A DNA stretch of 64,000 bases from Vicugna vicugna (taxonomy: Eukaryota). This document shows, piece by piece, positions 28,047-43,250 of this stretch. The position numbers and the translations under genes were made by a program. Where the stretch lies: positions 2,937,491-3,001,490 of the forward strand of contig MU058418.1 in NCBI GenBank assembly GCA_013265495.1. The letters run 5' to 3'. The notes under the pieces were generated by a model. The model was given only the letters and a program-made list of their open reading frames with translations, was not told the DNA's origin and made no database searches. The first letter of the stretch is position 1. Each line of letters opens with the position of its first letter.

Positions 28047-30029
28047 AAGAGGCCTCTGCAGTAATCTAAGGAAGAGATGACTACAGTCTAAATTAGGGTG
28101 GTGGCAGAGGAAATAAAAAGTGGATGGATCTGAAAGATAATAGTAAAGAAAACAGTATCAACAGAACATGTGGTTAAGAAACAAAAGAAGTAAAGCAGGA
28201 ATGATTCTAGTTTCCAGCTTGGACAACTGGGTGATAGTGGTGCCATTTGCAGAGTTAAAAAGAACAGACTGGGAAAGTTTTAGGTAAGTTGAAGCTGAGA
28301 GGCTAGAGTGTTGTCCAAATGGAGATGTCCAAAAGGCATCTGGATGAACCTACAGCTTGGAAGGAAGATGCGGGCTAAGATAGAGATGTGAAAACATTTA
28401 AACAGCGGAGAGGACAGAACCCTGAAGAACATCATTTAAAGAGAAAGATCCCACGGTAGTAATAGTGTATACTACATTGTATGGTGCTCAGCACTGCTGA
28501 ATGTTTTCTAATTACATTACTTTACTCTGGTCTTCTCAACTGAACACTACACTCACTGAAAGCAAGATGCCTCCACAAGGCTTTTGCAACTCCCCAGATT
28601 TTAGCATATTAATAGCTATTTGTGAGGTACATACCCAACTGAGATATGGGACAGGGATAAATAAAATATATTTGATTTTAGGAAACTCCTTTTTTTAAGG
28701 ATTCCTTTTATCTTCCATTTCCCCCCAGGCTTTTGCTCCCTCCACATTTGCTACACTGATTGTTCTGAGCAAAGATGACCTTGGAGACTGAGGATGTGGG
28801 ACTTAAGCAATGGTTGTGATCTACTCACACTCAACACCTAATAAGCAAATTCAGTCAAAATTACTTTAAGAGAAAAATGGAGGGCTTCTTGTTTAAAATA
28901 GACAAAATTTGTTCTATTGCATTTTACTGCAACAGTAGAAATTTTTATATTTTTATATTATACTGTCAAATCACAAAATACTTGCTCTTTTTGACTCTCA
29001 GTCTATTCCACATGACTGATCTTCCTGATCTCTCTTTCCCTTATTCTTCTATCCATTAGACAAGGTCAAGCTTTCCAGAAATTTGTGAGCAGTCTAGCCT
29101 GAGATCAAAGCCCTCTTTCCTGCATTCACCAAGCACATCTCTGTACTATACACATGACATTCATCATATACCACTTTGGAACGTAACTTTTCTATAGTAT
29201 GTGATTTAAAGAGCATAGGGTATGGAATTATACACCTATAATACTAAGTCACACAACTAATAAGTTACTTACACCCTCATGTTACCAATTTTTGCAAATG
29301 TTAATCAGGCATAATAATACATTGCACAATTTTCAAGATAAATGAGATCACATATGTAAATATCTAGCACAGTGTCCACTACCCACCATAGGCTCTATGT
29401 CAGTTCCTGCATCAAAACTGTAAACTTTTCTTAAAAGAATAAGAAAAAAGTTCATGAACAGACATTTCAATCAAAATGCTTTGGAAGAGATAGATGAACA
29501 CAAGTTTCTGGCAAATATGTATCAGCAAAAATGGAACATGAGATTGGAAATTAATATGGATGATAAGTTTCCTGAGAAGAGATATCATAATCTTGTGTGT
29601 CTTTATAGCCATCACAATACCTTACAACTAACAAATATTTGACTGATTGAATAACTGATTAGAGGACTGATATTATTGGTTATCTGCCTTTTCTAATAAG
29701 ATAGAGATTTACAATAAGAGTGTAGAATTAAGTTTTTCATTCAACAAACAGCTATGCCTACTGTAGTGCATACTGGACACTACAAGGGTTGCAACAGTAT
29801 ATTGAGATATAGTCTTTGCCCTACAGAAGTTCACAAAAGAGTAGAAGAACTAAGTAATGTGCATAGTTACTTAATGTAAGGTATGATATGAAAAAAATGC
29901 CTGAATCCCATCATTTAGATTATTTTATAACCATCAACTTAATCTTATCTTTAAAGAAGTTTAGGTGAAGGGAAGGTACTAGGGGTAATCTACTGACTAA
30001 AGTAATCTACTGAGATTATCATACTTCAT

Positions 30030-32280
30030 GAAGAGAAACTAGATGGTTTCCTGGATAAGATCAGGAACAAGGCAAGAACATCTGTTCTCACCACTCCTTA
30101 TAAAAATCACTGGAAGTCCTAGCCAATAAAATAAAATATGGAAAGGAAACAAAAAGTATACAGATTGAGAAGGAAGAAATAAAATTGTGTTGTTATGATT
30201 GTCTTTGGGGAAAATCCCAAAGAATCAACAAGAAAACTCCTGGAACAAATATTTATAGCAAGGTCACAAGATTCAAGGTCAATACAAAAGTCAGTTGCTT
30301 TCTTATAGTCCAGAAATGAAAAGATGGAATTGGAAATTAAAGATACAGTAACATTTACATAGCACCAGAAAAAAAATTACTTAGGGTAAATCTAACAAAA
30401 CATGTGCAAGATCTATATAAGGAAAACTATAAAACTAAAGAAAGAAATCGAAAAAGATCTAAATAAAGGGAGAGCTATTCCATATATATGGCTAAGAAGA
30501 CCCAATATTGTCAATTCTTCTCAATTTGAGCTATAGATTCAATATAATCCCAATCAAAATCCCAGTCACTTGTTTTGTGGACACTGACAAACTGATTCTC
30601 AATTGATATGGAAAAGCAAGACCCAGAATAGCCAACATAATATTGAAGGAGAAGGAAAAAGCAGAATACCGACATTACTTCCAGACTTACAAAGCTACAG
30701 CAATCGAGACCAGGTAGTGTTAAAGAATAGGCAAATAGATCAATGGAACAGAATAGAAAGCCTGGAAATAAACCCACATAAATACAGTCAACAGATCTTT
30801 GACAAAGGAGCAAAGGACAGAATTGGAGAAAAAATAGTCTTAACAAACGATGCTGAAACAAATTGGGCATCCACATGCAAAAGATTAATCTAGACACAGA
30901 CCTTACCTCCTTCACAAAAATTAATTCAAAATGGAGCATAGATCTAAGTGCAAAATGCAAAACTATAAAACTCCCAGAAGATAACATAGGAGAAATTCTA
31001 GATGACCTTGGGTTCAAAATGATTTTTAGATGCAATATTAAAATAGAATCCATATTAATTAATTCGGTAAGTTGGACTTGCCTAAAATTTAAGACTTCTG
31101 CTCTGCAAAAGATACTTTTAAGGGACTAAAATGATAAGCTATAGATTGGGAGAAAATATCTGCAAAAAGTATCTGTTAAAGGACTGGTATCCAAAATATA
31201 CAATTTATTTGTATAAAAATGAACAAGAAAACTCAACAAGAAAACAAATGATTCAATTTAAAAATGGCAACAGATCTGAACAGACATCTCACCAAATAAA
31301 ATATGCAGATGAAAAATTAGCATTGAAAAAAACACTCAACATCATGTCACTGGAATGTTGCAAATTAAGGTAACAATGAACTACCACTACACACCTATAG
31401 GAAAAGCTAAAATCCAGAATACTGAGGACACCAAATGCTGACAAGGATGTGGAGCAAGAGAAAAGCTCATTCATTGCTGATGGGAATGCAAAAATGATAC
31501 AGTCACACTGGCTGCCAGTATGGCAGTTTCCTACAAAATTAAAGGTACTCTTATCATACAATCCTGCAATTGCTGTCCTTGGTATTTACCAAAATGAATT
31601 GAAAACTTATGTCCACACAAAAATCTGCATATGAATGTTTACAGCACCTTTATTCATAATCGCCAAAACTTGGAGGCAACCAAGATATCTTTCAGTAGGT
31701 GAATGGGTGAATTAACTGTCATCTATCCAGACGATGCAATGTTACTCAACTCTAAAAAGAAATGAGCTATCAAGCCATGAAAAGGCATGGAGGAAGTTTA
31801 AATGCTTATTATTGAGTTAAAGAAGCAAAACTGAAAAGGCTACATATTATATGATTACAATAACATTATGGAAAGGGAAACCTATATAGACAAAAAAAAT
31901 CAATGCTTGCTAGGGACTCAAAGGAAGGGAGCCAGGGATAAATGGATAGAGCACAGGCTATGTTTAGAGCAGTAAAATTATTCTTTATGATACTATAATG
32001 GTGGAAACAAGTCATTATACATTTTCAAACCCACAGAATATAAAACACAAAGAGTGAATCTCAAGGTAAACTATGGATTTTAGTTAGTAACGATGTAACA
32101 AGATTGGCTCATCAATAGCAAATGTACCACACTAAAGCAAGATGTTAGTTATAGGGAGATGGGGGTCAGGAGGTGGGGTTGTGGCAGTAAGGGGTAGGTA
32201 TATGGGAACTCTGTACTTTCCACTCAGTATTTCTGTAAACCTAAAACTACTGTAAAAAGTAAAGTCAATTATTTTTGAAA
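30030..32280 (+). mobile_element. About 2.2-kb L1MC-type fragment (degenerate ORF2 and 3' UTR)
   Basis: ORF2 remnants KNRQIDQWNRIESLEINPHKYSQQIFDK and INSKWSIDL...KTIKLPEDNIGE, broken by stops and frameshifts. 3' UTR resembles 11400-11845. Confidence 0.9.
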
Positions 32281-34961
32281 AACTACTTTTATAACCATTC
32301 ATTTCATCACATCTTTCTCATAGAAGTTAGGGGGTGAGGACCTGGGGAAGAGTCTTCCTATGCCTTGATATGAGCAGTGCTTTACATGTTTCATGACAGT
32401 GATTAGGAAAATCTATTGAGATTCTCAATTGGTAACAAAATACACCACAGACAGATAAGCTAAATAAATACAAGACTGCATAATTTAACAGTGATGAAAT
32501 AGCCAACTAGCCTAAAAATGAAATGTGCAAAGGCCTTCAAGAAATTTCTTCCAATCTACTGTTGGTAAAAAGAAAATATCCTCCAAATGACCAGTGAAAA
32601 GAGCAAAAGAAAGGAGAAAGGGCTTAAGAGGTAAAATTGCAGCTAACCTCAATATACAGCCTGAAACTCATCTATAGCGTCTAGTTAAGAAAAGCAGCTT
32701 CTCTGAATAGGAAGAAAGTGAAAGAAATAGTCAAACTGGGTTGACTGTAAAATGGAGTGATTCTTGGGCACAGAGTAGAAATTTAATACGTATGTACTAC
32801 TCTAACCTGACATAAGGTGTACATCCTTAATATACAGTATAATATGCAGCCACTTACTTGATATCAATACAAATATAATTTCCAAAAGACCTAAGAAAAT
32901 TATTCCTCTAGTTCCCATTCAGAATCTATCTAAAAACTAGCCACGTTATTAACTTTAGGTCTAAGAACAAAACATTGTTAGTTGCTATAGGTCTTTTTAA
33001 AAAAAACCCTCTACTAAAGTATTATTTGAATAAAGTTCATAAATGGTTTCATAAATTAACAGAAAGTAGTATCTATAAATATCTGGCACATAAATGGCAA
33101 AATATTTCTATTTTTTAAAAAATCAAAGAAGCACGATCCAGGAAAGATATGTGACATTATTTTCTTTAAAAATTACTCATTAAAAAGATCTCTGTAAAAA
33201 CATATTTTACCAATAATGGGACGTGTTTGTTTCTCTACTGAAACAAGAACTAACTTGAGAAAAGAGCACATTAACAAATTCTGAAGAGAGAAGTAATTAG
33301 CATACTGGAAACTAACATTTTTGGCACATGAGATCTATAGCAAAAATGTCTGTCCTCCAGTCATGAGTCATGGACTAGGCTGCCTACTTATTGTGAAGCA
33401 ATCTTGCAGTAAAAGGAGCAGCAAGGAAGAATACAACATATGAATAATGACTTGGACAACTTCCCAGGAAGAAATCACAGTGAAACTAGGTCTGAGAAAG
33501 TTAAATAGTATATACTACTCCTTACACTAATGCTCTCCTTTCTTTTCACTCTTACTCTTTAGTTAACAGCAGAGAGACTGAAATCTTGTCTTTAGTTCCA
33601 AGGTTTTCTATTTTTTAATGGAGTTTAGTAATACTGAATAAAATTACACAAGTATTAGCTTGGTCTTACATTTTGTGAAATGTAGCATCATAAATTATTT
33701 TGTGATGACATTTGTGAAATCTCTCACCTGTCACATACCCACCCCAGCACACACACACAATGACACCAGAAGGCAACACTCTGCTTTACCTTCTGCTGAA
33801 AAGTCTGCTACCTCCAACGCTTGAGGTCCATACACGAAGCCCTTCTGGAATCTATGAACACAGCAGAGGCAAAAGGCAGAGAAGTTTATGTAGATTTAAA
33901 GTTACACTGCCCAAAACATAAAATGCCAAATGCCTATCACAAGTCTACATATCTGCCACGGAGATCAAATTGTGGATTTGACAACGAGCAAATCAACCAT
34001 ATACTGTAACATTCAGAGTTCATTCTATATTATGCAGCTAATTATCTGGGTGTGGGGGGAAGAGTTGAGCCTTAATTTATATTCTCACCAACAGAGGTGA
34101 TTTACACTATTGGAAATACTAATAACAATTAATTTTTTTAATTATATGAGACAGCCAACACATATAAGTAAAATACAAGAAATTAAGTAGAAAAATATAC
34201 TTCACAGAATGAAGTGTGATAGACTCTAAAGCTCAAGGCACATTCTTTCTTAGGACCAGAGACTGTTGGGAATATGGGAGAAAAACAATTAGAAACAGAC
34301 CTATAAGAGGACAAAGGCAGAGGGAAAAGTAGAACAGTATAGATATTCTAACGCCAAGATTCAATTTAAGTCTGACAGGAATGTTGAAATGAACCAGATA
34401 CTACATATGCTAGGCAGTATGCGGAAATCTACCTTGTTCCAATAGTATAAATATAAGCATGAAAAGCTGTTCTGAAAACATTCATGTAAAGAATTAAGGA
34501 TTTAATCAGGTAAAATATTTAGATCTCAGATTTCATTTCATTCTTTACTGATGATAGGGCCTAGAGACTACAAAATGCAGCTGGTATATAAGAAAAGGAA
34601 TAGGATAAACTTTACCAGCTATTAAATTTAAAAGAGGGAGGCAGTATTATAATTTATGTAATCTGAGAAATCCTTTAAAATAACATGAAATAATTAGGAA
34701 AGAAGGAACAAAGTGCTATCTTAAAACATGATGATGTGTCAAGAAAGAAACACTGGCCCTGAAGTCAGGAGCCATGAATTCAAGTTCCAGCTAAATCACT
34801 TAATTGCCTGTGACATCAGGCAGGTCACTTAATCTCTCGTACAACCAGAGTTGTTCAGTGAGGACTTCTTCACTGTTTCTCAGATTTATACTGAATACCA
34901 AAATGAAATAAGGTTCTAGTAATCACAGAATACTATATTTTGCAAAAATTTAAATCAGTGC

Positions 34962-35087
34962 TGAGGGATACTGAGGGTAGGGGAGTATATACGTGTGGGT
35001 GGGGAGGGCTATGTGCGAACTCTGTATTTCCTGCTCAATTCGGCTGTGAACCTGAAACTGCTCTAAAGAATAAAGTCTATTAATTAA
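34962..35087 (+). mobile_element. L1MC-type 3' terminus with perfect 18-bp TSD
   Basis: gctgtgaacctgaaactgctctaaagaataaagtctattaatt. TSD aaaaatttaaatcagtgc at 34944-34961 and 35088-35105. Confidence 0.85.
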
Positions 35088-35509
35088 AAAAATTTAAATC
35101 AGTGCATTTAAAATAAATTAACAACTCAATAAAAGTCGTTAACTAAGAAATAGAGGAGACAAAGAATGCCAAGTCAAGAAATGTGGGGAGCTATGTCAGA
35201 GGAAGCACAAAGAAGCAAAGCCAAAAGGCTGAGCTGGCCAAAAGAGCCTAGAGAGGTAGACAGGGTAAATGGCAGCCATCAGGTCACAGTCCCCAAGAGA
35301 AGGCTGTATCATATTACTAATCTAGCAATCTGCCCTCTTAATTCCCAAAACAACCCAATAGACTGCACTCTCCTCTAAGGCAGTGCTTGTGCCATTCTGG
35401 GCTAACCATCTGAGACACAGTAACTACTTGTAGATTGCATATATTTTTAAAAACCAAAGAGGTAAGATCCCACCTGATAAAACAACTATGCAGCAAAGGC
35501 TTGTACAGG

Positions 35510-35730
35510 ATGTTTGACATGCCAGGCACAGTTCTCAAGCACTACAGGTCCTAACTCACTTGGTCTTCACAACTCTGATATAGGTTCTACTATTACCCTC
35601 ATTTTACAGACAAAGAAACTGAGACACGGGGGCTTGGGAAACTTGCCTACACGCACACAGCCTTAAGTGGCAGACCTGCGATTCAAACCCAGACTGTCTA
35701 CTTCTAGAGCTACACTCTTAAGTCACTATA
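35510..35730 (-). mobile_element. MIR SINE
   Basis: atgccaggcacagttc...cctcattttacagacaaagaaactgagacac...gattcaaacccagactgtct. Confidence 0.85.
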
Positions 35731-36109
35731 TCATCCAGTCTATGGAATTAAAATCACACAAACCAAGCACTTATCTATATGTAAGAAGTCAAATAATATA
35801 AAATGTCCTAAAGTTTTCAATCATGTTGTATATTTTCTTCAGCACTGGAAACATTTCCTTAGAATATTAAAATTCAAATAATTGTTGTATAAAATATGTT
35901 TTTAAAAGTGAGAAACACCATATAAAACCAAAAGAAATACAGAAATTTTTAAAAACAAAAAAGTCCTAAAAAAGACTAAAAAACATATGTCCAAGTAACA
36001 TTCAAATAATATTGGTGTTAAGAGTAGCAAGATTGATTCTGTTTTTATTAAAACCTGCTGCCATGTGATTACGTAATTCACTCTTAAAATTTTTTTTAAC
36101 TTTTATAAA

Positions 36110-36870
36110 ATTCAACACAATGAGATATTACCACATACCTATTAGGATGGCTACTATTAAAAATTATTTTTAAAGGAATAAAACTACAGAGAAATTGGAA
36201 CCCCTGTGTACTGTTGGTGAGAATGTAAAATGGTGCAGTGGCTACAGAACACAGTATGACAGCTCTTCAAAAAATTAAAAATAGAATTACTATATTATCC
36301 AGCAATTCCACTTCTGGGTATACAGCCAAAAGAGTTAAAAGTGGGGATTCCCAAAGAAATATCTGTACACCCATGTTTATAGCAGCATTATTCGTAATAG
36401 CCAAAAGGTGGAAGCCACCCAAGTCTCCATTGATGGATGAAGAGAAAAACAAAATGTGCTATACACATGCAATGGAACATCATTTAGCCTTAAAAAGGAA
36501 GAAAATGCCTGCACACACTACAACATGGATTAACCTTGAGAACATTATACTAGATGAAATGAGGAAGTCCCAGAAGGACAAATACTGTATGGTCCTACTT
36601 ATATGAGGTACCTAGAGTAGTCAATCTCACAGAGGTAGAAAGTAGAATGGGGGGGTACCAGGAGCCAGGGAAAGGGGGGGAACAGAGAGTTATTCTTTAA
36701 TGGGTACAGGGTTTCAGTTTTACAAGATGAAAAGAGTTTTGTGGATATACAGTGGTAATGGTGGCACAAAAATATTAAAGTATTCAATGTCACTGAACTG
36801 TACACTTAAAAATGATTAAAGTGGTTACTTTATTTTATGTGTACACTTTTTATCACAATTTTTTAAAAAA
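36110..36870 (+). mobile_element. L1MB-type ORF2 end and 3' UTR
   Basis: ORF 36238-36606 contains CTPMFIAALFVIAKRWKPPK (L1 ORF2 C-terminus). 3' UTR has gggtacagggtttcagtttt...actgaactgtacacttaaaa. Confidence 0.88.
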
Positions 36871-37358
36871 GTAACAGGCACTAAGTGTGTAACATCCAAA
36901 AAGGTGTATCTAGAAAAAGAAAAATAAAATTATCTGTTATTTCATTTTCCAGAAAAACTACTATAAATTCCTTTTAATGTATGTTTCATGGCTATAAAAA
37001 AGCATACTACATACTTTTTTTAAAAAAGTAATTCCCATCAATGCCATTTTTACAAATGTTAATCCTCTTCACTACAGAAATATTTAATTTTACTAGAAGT
37101 TTAATTGGAAAAAAATTTTGAATTCAGTTTAAAATAATTAAAGCATAATTTTTGCTCCAAGACCTTAAAGAATATGGTATCAAAATAACAGCTTAAATCC
37201 TCTAGGTTTCCCAGAGAAACAGCTTCTCTACTATTACCAAAGAGTTACATTCCCGTATTTCCAGACTTTCAATCAAATCTCTTTTGTAAGAGATTACACA
37301 TATTACTACTTAGTGTTGCACTACACTGGTCTCCCTAACCTCCATTGCCAATCCTCTT

Positions 37359-37780
37359 TGTGGCAGACATACTGGCTGCCTACCATACACCCATTCTCCC
37401 TGTCTTCCTTAGTAACAGACCCTGCTTTTATTCTGGGCAGCAGGCTCCCAGGTCAGAGTGTACACTTTCTAGCCTTCCTTGCTGCTAGGACTGGTTGGTG
37501 AGCTACAAGGGGGAGTCACTGGATAGGACTTCCAGGAAAGCCACTTAAAGGAGACTGACTTAGCTGGGAGTGTGCCTATAACCTGGAAATGATGAATGGC
37601 ACCCCAGCAGTCATTCTGGACCATAAGATAACAGAAGCTATGCCAAAGGACAGTGAAACAGACAGAAGGAACTAGGGTCCTGGATGAACTCAGATCCCAG
37701 AGTCACCATACAAAGCCTGGGCCTCAGTGTGAGAAATATACCTCTATCTTGTTGAGACCACTTGTTTTGTAGCTGAGGTA
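37359..37780 (+). mobile_element. MLT1 (ERVL-MaLR) LTR remnant
   Basis: Starts tgtggcagac...cccattctccc...cttccttagtaacaga; ctagccttccttgc; near the end tgtgagaaatatacctctatcttgtt. Confidence 0.65.
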
Positions 37781-37944
37781 AACCACCCACCTTTGTGCTG
37801 CTATCAGTGATCTTTCTAAAATGCGAATCATAATTGTCAAAATCCTTATCTTGTCACACAGGCCCTTTCATAACTTCTTTGGACTCTGCTTATATCTACA
37901 GCCTTACTTTAGCCTTAAGCTCCAGCCACAAAGAACTATTTGTA

Positions 37945-38075
37945 GGATGGTGACTGTAGTTAATAATACTGTATTGCATATTTGAAAGTTGCTAAGGGAA
38001 TAGACCTTAAAAGTTCTCATCACAAGAAAAAAGAATTTGTAACTATGTGTGGTGACAGATGCTAAAAAGAGATTA
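37945..38075 (+). mobile_element. L1MA-type 3' UTR fragment
   Basis: atggtgactgtagttaataatactgtattgcatatttgaaagttgctaag...aaaagttctcatcacaag. Confidence 0.8.
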
Positions 38076-41000
38076 TGTATTCTGCACTCAGTATATGGTA
38101 CACTATCTATGTCCTTAGGTCAGTTTTGTTAACTGTGTCCTCTAAGTGGTCAGAATCCTTAAGATTCTCTAGTGTGCTGTTGAATCATTTACTATGAAAA
38201 GTATATTAAAACTTTTCTCTTACTCTGGAAAAAAAAAAAAAGAACTACTTGTAGACTCCTCACCACCCTGCCCCTGCACAAGCTGCTTCTAATACCCTTC
38301 TCCTGAACTGTTCTCCACCCATCCTTCAAGTCTCGGCTGCTCCAAAAAGCTTTCCTGCTGCACCCATCATACACACAGGCACAGACAACATATCTGTGCA
38401 CCAAATATGAACAGATAATCTTCCCATGTGTTTACCTTTTCTATATAGGTACTCAATAAACTTTGGATGAATCAGTGAAGTTCAGAGAAACATCCATCCT
38501 TAAATACTTTAAAAAGTTCATGTTCTCAAACATCTAAACCACAAAAATTCTGATACTATGGAATATAGCAGAAGACATCGGGATTTCAAGCCAGTTGGTA
38601 ATACTTAATTTCCTTTACTATAAAATATCATTTATCTTCCAAAACAAACCATGTATTCTGAGTGAATAAATAAATCTACTTTTTTCAGTACAACTTTTGA
38701 GGTGTTCAAGAGAAGAAGGCAATAGAGAACACTTTCTCTCTTTGCAAGACATCCCCACAACAAATATTTATAGAGGATTATTTATGAGCCAAGCATTGTA
38801 CTAGGTAGTTAAATGCAGTTAAATGCAGAATAATGAGCTCTTCGAAAAAGCCCCAAGGTACTATGAGTCTATTTATCCTCATCTCCATGAGATGAGAAAG
38901 CTTAGAAGAAATGGTATTTAGACTTTAAAAAAAAAATTTTAAGGAAATATGAAACTTGGAAGAAAAAGAGATTTAATTTTCCATTTTTTATGAGCTCAAG
39001 GTTGTTTTTAGGTAAAACAGGAGGCTCCAGTATCTTTTAGTGCCCACTATGTAGCACTGAACCAGTTCTTTACATAGTAGGTTCTTTATATTTAATTATA
39101 TCAAGCTTCATAACACTTCTGTGAGATAGTTCTTAACCTCATTTTAAAAGCTAAGAAGTACATAATTTGTGAAAGTTAAACAGCTAGGATCTGAGCTCAG
39201 AACTGTATGCCTCTAACAACTGATGTTCATTATATTAGCTCTTAAATTTTTAGATATAAACATAAAATACAGGGGCAAAGAAAAAGTTATTAATAAATAC
39301 CTCACCAATTAACTTAGCTTCCATATGCTTCATCTCTATCTACAACATTTTAGCTCAGTACCAGGAAGCCACTTTTTCAATGATGAGGAAAAAACTGACT
39401 TTAAAGAGCATAACTGATAGAACCAAAATTCAAACTTTCTGAAATAGGCATTAAAGCATAAATAAAAAACAACAGCAAAACTTCAGAATAAATCTTTCTC
39501 ATTATGATCTTCTTTAGTTCCCTCCAGGATTAAGTAGAAGAAAACACTGCAGGGGACAATGTCTCTCCTGAACTCTGTGTATCTGTTATACAACCCCCGT
39601 CAATGACTCTAAGGAAAACCTATTTCTCGCCACATAATATTTAGAATAACACCTCAGATGAGTAACTACATCCATTAAAAGGTTAGTAAAAATAGTAATA
39701 ATAAAAGTTTAAACAAGAGAGTAACTCTAGGGAAAAAAATTAATTTAACACTTGTGATTCAACAATCCTTACCCAGGTCTTCTCAAACCTCAAAAGAGAT
39801 GTACTTCTAAGACAGTGCATGTATGCAGGCAACTCTTTATAAGAGGCTCATCAAAGGATATAACATAAATCTAAACAAGAAGTGCCCCAAAATAGTGACA
39901 CAAGGCATTTCAGTTAGACAGAATAAAGTGCCCTAACACTGAGGATTGTTCAATGCAAAGATGAATAACCAAAAAAAAAGTGTTACATTCCCTCCGATGT
40001 GAATATTTTAAAATTCAGGAAATTTTATCTATAAGAGTTCATGTTTAATCCTATCTGAAAGCAAGAGAGGTTGGCATCAGCAGTCTAAGTCTTTCTGACC
40101 CAGGAACAAATGCCTTAGTCTCAAAAACCCCCGCCATTAACCCCAGACACTAATACTGCATAGTTATGAAGATAACACAGAGCAGAGGTCTCACATTGTC
40201 AGCTCTACAGCCCTGTTCCCAATGGTGAGAAACACAGCACAACCTAGTGAAGGCAAGACCCTACTCAGAGACCCAATTAACCCTTAACTCAAGGTCAGAC
40301 AACTTGCCCAAGTACCTCCCACACCACACTCCAATTCCAATTCCAATTCCTTAGAACAAAAATTTAACAATTCTAACCAAAAAAAATGTGAAATATATAA
40401 GCTAATGCTGCAGTTACACACCAAAACAGAAGCAGTTTCTCAACGTAATCTGCCATTCTCAACTAATTCAAGGAAGAAACACAATTAGTAAAAGAAAAGG
40501 GCATGATATAATAGCTCTTATCTGTCAAAACAGGATTGAATACTTACTTTTATACTTCCTTTTTAAATAAGCCTGGAAACATAAGAAGAAAATTAAAACA
40601 AAGGACATACTTTCCATTCTGGAATTATGCAGTTGGTAAAACTACTGTCTTTCCTTTTATACCACTTCAGTGACCCCACAATTTGGACTCAGGTTCTGGA
40701 CAATCCACTCAGATACCATCCTGGCCACTTCTCTGGGGGGTCATTCACCCCACTCATCCGATTGGTCTGGAATCCCATCTGTCTCCTAAATATCCCTTGA
40801 TCTTTTCCCCCAAGCCTTGTCCCTTTTCTACCCCGACAGCTGCCACTAAGAAGCAGGTCCTTCTCATTCTCACCGGACCTAACAGCATTCTGCTGCACTC
40901 TCCTCCCTCTCTTGTCCTCTCACCATCCACACTAATGCAAAACTGATCATGAAATTTTCCTCTACAAGGCTATCTCTAGGGAATGCCCACATTTTTGGTG

Positions 41001-42096
41001 TTACTCGTTTACATTTTATAACAAGCATGTGTTCCTTTTACAATCAGAAAAAAATTTTTTTTACTACTTCCATTTTGGGAACCATTAGAATCTATTCCAT
41101 CTGGAATCCATTACCCCATTTCTCCACCAGGTTAAAGGCCAAATTCTTTATCCAGGCACACAGTGATCATGCTCTGCCTTTCCCAAACGTTTTTCCAATC
41201 TCCATCCCAAGTACTTACTCTAGCCATCCTGAATTACTTGCTGAATAACCTAGTTTTATAAATTTTGCTTCCTCTGAGTAGAATACAGAGATGTACCAAT
41301 AATCTTGAGTCTGTTCCTAATAATCAACCTGCCTCTCACTAATAGTTACATCCTAAATCTAAAGAAAAATAGTCATATTTATCTCATCTTGCAGCACATT
41401 ATTCCTAAGTGTGGCCTGCAGTCCTAGAGTTGTACCAGCACACTAAATTCTTTCTTTCTAACCAGAGAGAAACAGGTGTTTTTAAAAGGATAAAATAAGA
41501 GGGCACTTTGCATCCAGAGCCTAAGAGGTAATAGGGAGGAGGCACAATGCACAGTGCTAAATTTGGGGAGGAGATGGAAAAGTAGAGAAAAATAGGGCAA
41601 GGAACCTGGATAAATGTGCAGCACAACTTTTCAGAGTGGAACAGCTTTATCTGAAATGTTATAAATATTCACCAAGTATAAGCATAATAAAGTTAAATTT
41701 GAAAATAGTATGAATATTTATATGACTTTCCCCTCCTTCTTTTAGCATGGAAATTCAAAAGTTGGCCACTTTTTCAAAGCACATGATTGGTTTCACCTTC
41801 CTTCAGTTTCTTCTACTATATAAACAGTTACAAACAACCAAATGGAAATTACAGAGACTATATGTAATTAGTGAGATCTTTTCTTCTGATTATAATTTAT
41901 ACATAATTTTCTCTTTCAAACCACATAAAATACAGAAAAAAACCTAGATTTTTAAAAATACAAACCAAACACATGGAAAAAAAATCAAAACATTCCTTTC
42001 ACTTGATTATGTAATTGGGCCAAATGAAACCAGCAAACAGCATTACCCAATGCTGCCTTCTACCTAAAGAAATAAATGAAGAGAAAGATAGGGAAG

Positions 42097-43250
42097 GCAG
42101 AACACTTGGACATAAATCACAGCAGTGTTTTTTGGATCTGTCTCTTAAAGCAAAGGAAATGAAACCAAAAATAAACAAATGGGATTTAATTAAACTTAAA
42201 AGTTTTTGCAGAGCAAAGGAAACCAACAAAATGAAAAGACAACCTTTGGACTGGGAGAAAATATTTGAAGATCATTTACCAATAAGGGGTTAATATCCAA
42301 CGTATATAAACATCTTATACAACTCAACATCAAAATAAAACACAATTTAATAAAGGGCAAAAGACCCAAATAGACATTCTTCCAAAGAGGAAACGCAGAT
42401 GGCCAGAAAGCACAAGAAAAGATGCTCAACATCACTAATCATCAGGGAAATGCAAATCAAACCCACAGTGAGGTATCACCTCACACCTGTCAGAATGGCT
42501 ATCATCAAAAAGAACACAACAAATGTTGGCAAGGATATGGAGAAAAGGGAACCCTTGCACACTGTTGGTGGAAATGTGAATAGGCACAGCCACTATGAAA
42601 AACACTATGGAGGGTTCTCAAAAAATTAAACATAGAACTACCATATGATCCAGCAATTCCACTCCTAGGTATACTTCCATAAAAAACCAAAAACACTAAT
42701 TTGGAAAGATACATGCACTCCAATGTCCACAGCAGCATTATTTACAGTTGCCAAAATATGGAAGCAAGCTCAGTGTCCATCAACAGATCAATGGATAAAG
42801 AAGACGTGGTGTGTGGTAATAATACTCAACCATTAAAAACAACAACAATAAATGTTGCTATCTACAGCAACAGGGATGGACTTAGAGGACATTATGCTAT
42901 GTGAAATAAGTCAGACAAAGACAAATACTGTGTATCACTTATATGTAGAATCTAAAAAATACAACAAACTAGTTAATACAACAGAAAAGAAGTGACTCAC
43001 AGATACAGGGAACAAACTAGTGGTTACCAGTGGGGAGAGCGAAGGGAGGAGGGGCAATATGGGGGTAAAGGGTACAAACTATTCGATATAAAATAAGCTA
43101 CAATGGTATATTGTACAACATGGGGAATATAGACAATATTTTATAATAACTATAAATAGAGTATAACCTTTAAAAATTGAGAATTACTATACTGCACACC
43201 TGTAACATATAATTTTACTGTGCATCAACTATACTTCAATTTTTAAAAAA
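42097..43250 (+). mobile_element. 5'-truncated L1 (ORF2 C-terminus, 3' UTR, A-tail)
   Basis: ORF remnants KPKINKWDLIKLKSFC and [32 protein letters not shown]. Ends caactatacttcaatttttaaaaaag. Confidence 0.92.

Noticed and set aside
30511..31053. 180-aa minus-strand ORF, the longest in the track
   Set aside because: It is the antisense frame of a decayed L1 ORF2.
36238..36606. 122-aa ORF
   Set aside because: L1 ORF2 C-terminal remnant, not a host gene.
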